From contig JBGTLG010000016.1 of the NCBI GenBank assembly GCA_041744215.1, positions 125,922-189,921 on the forward strand: 64,000 nt of DNA, in the 5' to 3' direction. The notes beneath the pieces are model-generated. The model did not search any database. It was not told where the DNA came from and saw only the letters and a list, made by a program, of their open reading frames with translations. A program made the translations under genes and the position numbers. Below are positions 59,510 to 64,000 of this stretch, in pieces. Position 1 is the stretch's first letter; each line of letters starts with the position of its first letter. Source of the DNA: Fimbriimonadales bacterium. GTDB taxonomy: Bacteria; Armatimonadota; Fimbriimonadia; Fimbriimonadales; ATM1.

Positions 59510-61338
59510 TCGTTTAGGAAGTACCTCACATTCGTTACGACAACGTTCTTTCTCGAAGCAAGTGCCATCTTGAGCGGGAGTGCCGAATTGTTGTGAAGAA
59601 TTCGTTGCCACCAGTGGGCCGCTATGGCCTCAGGCACGACCACAGTAAGAATTCTGCCCGCGTCTTCGCCAATCGCCTCATCGATGTACTCAACTACCGG
59701 TGCGACAATTGACCGGTAAGGCGACTCCAAGATTACAAGCGGAATGTCCGGCGCGATGCGCTCCCATTCGACCTTGAGCTCTTTCGCAAGCGAGATGTCG
59801 GCAACCGTGGTGACTGCGCGAAGGTCCTTCGAAAGCGTTCGGGCGTATCCGATAGCTTGGAGAATACCCTTGTGGATTCGTGGAGGCAAGAGCAGAAGGA
59901 CGGTGGACTCGACTTTCGGCGCCTGCTCTCCAGGCGAGATCGTCAGTTGCCGGGCGAGGGAGTTGTAATGTCTTCGCACCGCCCAGAAAACAGTCAACAG
60001 CGTCCCGAGCGCGATGACAATCATCCATGCTCCGTCTAGAAACTTCGTGATTAGGATCACAAACCAAACGGTCCCTGTCGCAGTCATCCCAATCGCGCTT
60101 ATCATCGCGCCGAAGTACGCGCGATGCTTCCATTGCCTCACTACCATACCGGCCTGCCCAAGCGTAAACGCAGTAAAGACGCCGAGCGCGTAGAGGGGAA
60201 TGAGCTTGTGCGTGTCTCCACCAGAAAAGAAGATGAGAAAGCATGCAACGAACGCCAACAAAAGTATCCCGTTCTGGAAGACCAGACGGTCGCCCAGATT
60301 TGCCAGCTGGCGCGGCAGGTAACCATCTTTCGCTATAAAGCTTGTGAGCCGCGGAAAGTCCGCATAGGCCGTGTTTGCAGCAAGAATGAGTATCGCCATT
60401 GTCGCGAATTGAACCGCGTAGAAGAGTAGTGAGGCTTCTCCTAGGGCAGTCTGAGCCACTTGAGCCAATACGGTTTGATATCCAGGCTCACTTGTAGACA
60501 TGATCCGGATTGGATAGTGCGTTGCGAGCCAGCTGACCCCTATGAAAATCACCGATACGATGATGCCGAGAAACACGAGTGCTCGAATCGCGTTCTTCAC
60601 CTCTGGCTGCCGAAAAATCAGTGTACCGTTTGCAATCGCTTCGATACCTGTCAATGCTGCGCAGCCCGCAGCGAAAGCCCTGAGGATCAAAAACCATGTT
60701 ACGGGTGCTACGACTTTCTCTTTGATCTCTATCGATACCTCTGGCGAAACAACGCCGAGTTTTGGGATACCGACGGCTATCAGCAAGAACATCAGAGCGG
60801 CGAACGTGTATGTCGGAATGGCAAAGACGAAACCGCTCTCCTTGGTCCCCCGCAGGTTCACCACCGTTAGGAAAGCGATAGCCCCTACGTTCATGTGCAG
60901 AATGTAAGGTTGCGTTGCCGGAAAAGCAGAAACGATTGCCAATATGCCAGCGCTGACACTCACAGCGACGGTTAGCGTGTAATCGAGCAATAGCGCTGCA
61001 CCGGCAGTTCTTCCTGCAACGGAGCTAATGTTGTCGCTCGCAACGCGGTAGTCACCGCCTCCTTGCGGGTACGCAAGAATGGTCCGCGAGTAGCTAAACA
61101 AAATGATCAGGATCAGCGCGACAATAGCGAATGAGATTCCAATCGCATATTGGATCTTCTCCGGCCCCCCCAGGGCCAGCATATGAAGGATCTCTTCCGA
61201 GGCATAGGCGACGACCGAAATGTTGTCGCTGGCCAAGAGGGCAAGGCCGAAGAAGACTCCCAAGCGCTGATGTTGCGCAGCGGCAGTGGCGATGGGCGCG
61301 CCAATCAGCAGGCGCTTCAGCGCTGAGAAGATTGGCAT
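59506..61338 (-). CDS. kimA: APC-family KimA/YdaO-type potassium transporter
   Basis: LKR.LIG.P, SD..S.VAY..EE, AYPQGGG.Y, LL.DY.LTVAVS, TG.EAI.NG, AANT....FPRL, LIPLYA.GVF, SPYRS...P, W...LHN. Confidence 0.85.
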   Translation of the reverse strand: MPIFSALKRLLIGAPIATAAAQHQRLGVFFGLALLASDNISVVAYASEEILHMLALGGPEKIQYAIGISFAIVALILIILFSYSRTILAYPQGGGDYRVASDNISSVAGRTAGAALLLDYTLTVAVSVSAGILAIVSAFPATQPYILHMNVGAIAFLTVVNLRGTKESGFVFAIPTYTFAALMFLLIAVGIPKLGVVSPEVSIEIKEKVVAPVTWFLILRAFAAGCAALTGIEAIANGTLIFRQPEVKNAIRALVFLGIIVSVIFIGVSWLATHYPIRIMSTSEPGYQTVLAQVAQTALGEASLLFYAVQFATMAILILAANTAYADFPRLTSFIAKDGYLPRQLANLGDRLVFQNGILLLAFVACFLIFFSGGDTHKLIPLYALGVFTAFTLGQAGMVVRQWKHRAYFGAMISAIGMTATGTVWFVILITKFLDGAWMIVIALGTLLTVFWAVRRHYNSLARQLTISPGEQAPKVESTVLLLLPPRIHKGILQAIGYARTLSKDLRAVTTVADISLAKELKVEWERIAPDIPLVILESPYRSIVAPVVEYIDEAIGEDAGRILTVVVPEAIAAHWWQRILHNNSALPLKMALASRKNVVVTNVRYFLNE

Positions 61339-61347
61339 GCTCGCATC

Positions 61348-62391
61348 CTACGAAATCTCGAGGTCCGTCTCAAGGATCTCGATTATATTCCCTTCGACAC
61401 CAACGAGTAACCAGAGCGACGGAGCTGGGAGACCGAGCTCTTCCCGAGGGTGAGTGCTGCACATCTGCACGGCCCGGAGCGATCCGAAGTCCCGCCAGAT
61501 GTTCTGGAAGACTTCCACGAGAGTGACTGCGCTCCCAGCGAGCGTTCCGTCGACGAGCCTCACTGCCCCGCCGTCACGTCGCACACGATGCCCCCACATC
61601 TGGCGCTCGTCGCCATCATTGAGGCCCGCCATCGGCGTTCCATCCGAGACTGCGACCACGCAACCCCGCCCTTCTTGACAACTGATCGCGAGTCCTGCCG
61701 CCTCGCGGGAGACGTGCACGCGGTCGTAGATAAGTTCTAAGGAAACCTTCTCCGAAAGGCCGTACCCGACAGCACCTGGATCACGATGGTGGAAGGGCCG
61801 CATGGCGTTGAAGAAGTGGGTAAGACGAGTGATCTGTTGGCCCGCGAGTTCCGAATACGTGGCGTCCGTGTGTCCGGCGCTCACCGTAATCCCGCGGTCG
61901 CGCAGTCCCGCAATCAACTCGCCCGACCCAGAAAGTTCCGGTGCCAGCGTTGTGATTCGCACCAGATCAAGAAGGTCACCAAGTTCCGACTGCAACCCAG
62001 AGAAATCGGGCTCAAGGACGCTCCCTTGCGGCTGCGCTCCAGCCCAGACCGGATTTATAAATGGCCCTTCCAAGTGAACACCGGCGAAGCCTCCAAACTT
62101 GTCCCTGCAAGGCTCAAGTGCGCGACGAATCTCAGCCCACGTCGCCACAACGGTCGTCGGGCAGTAGTACTCGATCCCGCGAGCGCGGAGCCTCGTGGCA
62201 ATCTCGCGAGCATCGCCATCCATAACGTCGAATCCGTCGACGCCGTGACAGTGGGAGTCCACCAGTCCTGGGACGAGGTAAGGAGGAGGCGATTCATCTG
62301 CAAGCCCGGTCTGCGCAACCTGAACGCGATCGAGTTTTCTGTTAAGTTCAGCTACACGCCATGCCCCGCTCTGGAGAAACTGCACCCTCAT
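61348..62391 (-). CDS. nagA: N-acetylglucosamine-6-phosphate deacetylase
   Basis: PG.VD.HCHG, GVHLEGPFIN, TLAPE, AGHTDA, THFFNAM, D..HV, SD, LAGS. Confidence 0.88.
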   Translation of the reverse strand: MRVQFLQSGAWRVAELNRKLDRVQVAQTGLADESPPPYLVPGLVDSHCHGVDGFDVMDGDAREIATRLRARGIEYYCPTTVVATWAEIRRALEPCRDKFGGFAGVHLEGPFINPVWAGAQPQGSVLEPDFSGLQSELGDLLDLVRITTLAPELSGSGELIAGLRDRGITVSAGHTDATYSELAGQQITRLTHFFNAMRPFHHRDPGAVGYGLSEKVSLELIYDRVHVSREAAGLAISCQEGRGCVVAVSDGTPMAGLNDGDERQMWGHRVRRDGGAVRLVDGTLAGSAVTLVEVFQNIWRDFGSLRAVQMCSTHPREELGLPAPSLWLLVGVEGNIIEILETDLEIS

Positions 62392-63410
62392 AGCCGCACA
62401 TAGCCTCCACCGGAGCGCGCGATAAGGCCCTCGAGCTCCAAGTTCGTCAACTCAGAGAGCATATCTCCTGCGGACAGGCCCATTTCCTCGCTCAAGTTGT
62501 CAGCAAGCTCCGGCTCCTTGTTCAGCCTGGTAAGGATCCGCTCCTGGATTTCAGAGAGGGCTATCTGCTTCTTTGGGGCATTGACACGCTCAACGCCTAT
62601 TGCCGAAAGCAGCTGGTCAGGCGAGTAGAGCAGTGTTGCCCCGTCATTGATGAGCCGAAACGATCCGGCGTACGCCACGTTGTCTATGCTCGCTGGCGTT
62701 GCAAACACATGCCGGCCCTCATCGGCTGCAATGTGCGCCGTCAGCAACGACCCAGACGCTTCAGGCGCCTCGACTACGACGACCGCCCGGCAGAGCCCTG
62801 CAATCACGAAGTTTCGCATCGGAAACCTCCATCGGTCTGGCTTGGTACCGAGCGCAAACTGGCTCACAACAGCGCCGTTCTCAGCGATCCTCGAGAAGAG
62901 ACTTCGGTTTGCTGCCGGATACGGGCGATCTAATCCCGATCCGAGAACGGCGATCGACCTGCCCCCTGCTTGTATCGCGGCCTCGTGGGCTTCTGCATCT
63001 ATGCCGTGCGCGCCGCCGCTCACGACGGTGACTCCCGCCGACGCGCATTCCGACGCCAGCATCCTCGTAACGGTCCTTCCGTAGGCTGACGCCTTTCTGG
63101 TGCCGACAATTGCAACACGCACCTCAGCAGGGGGACCGATGTCCCCTCGAACCAGTAGCGCAGGCGTTGGATCGCGTGTAAGGCGAAGATCCTCTGGGTA
63201 CTCGGGTTGTTCGAGACCCACCGCACTAACGTCTGGAGGAATCCGGAATTCCCTTGACACTACCTCCCGCTGTTCAGGCGTAAGAATGGGAGATCCTCTA
63301 AGGCTATCGGCTGAGACGCAATGAGGCCCGAGACGCTCTAGAACCTCTCGGGCCTTTGCCGGGGGCAGGTCGAGTTGGAGGAACGCCTGCCAAAACGCGA
63401 CGTCCCTCAT
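62388..63410 (-). CDS. dprA: DNA-processing protein DprA
   Basis: YP..L, VAIVGTR..S.YG, VSGGA.GID..AH, FP.RN..IAG, VVVEA...SGSL.TA; C-terminal winged helix. Confidence 0.96.
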   Translation of the reverse strand: MRDVAFWQAFLQLDLPPAKAREVLERLGPHCVSADSLRGSPILTPEQREVVSREFRIPPDVSAVGLEQPEYPEDLRLTRDPTPALLVRGDIGPPAEVRVAIVGTRKASAYGRTVTRMLASECASAGVTVVSGGAHGIDAEAHEAAIQAGGRSIAVLGSGLDRPYPAANRSLFSRIAENGAVVSQFALGTKPDRWRFPMRNFVIAGLCRAVVVVEAPEASGSLLTAHIAADEGRHVFATPASIDNVAYAGSFRLINDGATLLYSPDQLLSAIGVERVNAPKKQIALSEIQERILTRLNKEPELADNLSEEMGLSAGDMLSELTNLELEGLIARSGGGYVRL

Positions 63411-63415
63411 GGGAC

Positions 63416-64000
63416 TTAGCCTATGCCTGGGCCGCCCATTGCCCCGCCCCCTGCGCCGCGGCGGTCGTCAGTTGTTCGTTCGAGAATCTTGGGGAGCGTG
63501 TTGTCGATGTTTATGATGAACTTCACTTCTGAGACGTTGCCGACCCAGTCAGTCGCTCGCACAGTGAAAACCTTGCGACCATCGGTTAGAGGTGGATTCG
63601 CTCCGTCCGTCGTCGACCCAGGAGTACGTATCTTCACCTTGAGGTAACCGCCGCCGGGTTCGTATTCGAAGTTCATTTGCTGGTCGTTCATCATGACGCG
63701 GATGCTCCTCGCCATGACCCCAGTGGTCTCATCTTCCACGCGGAACAGGAAGTCGATATCAGGTTGCCCGTTCATCGTCGTTCCTGCGGATGGGCTCATG
63801 AGCACGATCTTTGGGCCGGTCTCGTCGATGCCAACGTCCTTCCGCCACGCGAACACACTTCCGTCTTCGGCAAGCGCATACAGCGCTTCACCCTGGCCAA
63901 CCACGCCACCGAGGATCGTCAGGTAGTCGACGAGAACTGCAGACGCCGCGGGTTGTCCGCCGCCGGCCGCTCCGCCGCGTCCACCGCGACCGCCACCGCC
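63416..64000 (-). CDS. C-terminal part of a probable PQQ-type beta-propeller protein with an Ig-like domain (5' part outside window)
   Basis: Frame open to the window edge; LYALAEDGSVFAW blade; D..GP.I...P..., V.ATDWVGN, IDNT.P Ig-like pattern; Gly-rich linkers. Confidence 0.65.
   Translation of the reverse strand, partial: GGGGRGGRGGAAGGGQPAASAVLVDYLTILGGVVGQGEALYALAEDGSVFAWRKDVGIDETGPKIVLMSPSAGTTMNGQPDIDFLFRVEDETTGVMARSIRVMMNDQQMNFEYEPGGGYLKVKIRTPGSTTDGANPPLTDGRKVFTVRATDWVGNVSEVKFIINIDNTLPKILERTTDDRRGAGGGAMGGPGIG

Noticed and set aside
61339..61347. c-di-AMP (ydaO) riboswitch upstream of kimA
   Set aside because: Only 9 nt separate nagA and the permease, leaving no room for it.

Overview
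Gene-dense bacterial chromosomal region of mostly housekeeping and metabolic genes. The protein style suggests Armatimonadota (Fimbriimonadia-like), but this is an inference. It contains the nadE 3' end, glyS, CIRCE-controlled groES-groEL, a complete but scattered histidine-utilisation pathway (hutU, hutI, hutH, hutG), deoB, rpoN, prfA, a lone flagellin, clpB, a malate/lactate dehydrogenase, a MacAB-like exporter, a TroABCD-type Mn/Zn importer with divergent mntR, hemW, menG/ubiE with a polyprenyl synthase, cinA, trpE/trpG, pepC, a rhamnulose aldolase-dehydrogenase, a KimA-type K+ transporter, nagA and dprA. I saw no mobile element, prophage, CRISPR array, rRNA or tRNA. The best leads are: (1) a histone-H1-like repeat protein with a partner gene behind a 710-bp AT-richer region; (2) a recurring ECF-sigma-like promoter motif (TGGAAYC-N17-CGT) before the H1-like gene, a LolA-cytochrome c fusion and the MacAB-like operon; (3) a KimA transporter coupled to a STAS-USP fusion; (4) a tandem pair of paralogous unknown membrane proteins; (5) widespread leaderless-type -10 boxes, including an overlapping bidirectional promoter; (6) a 57-aa DUF1289-type Cys-rich gene missed by the ORF track. 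All calls come from reading motifs by eye; no database searches were run.
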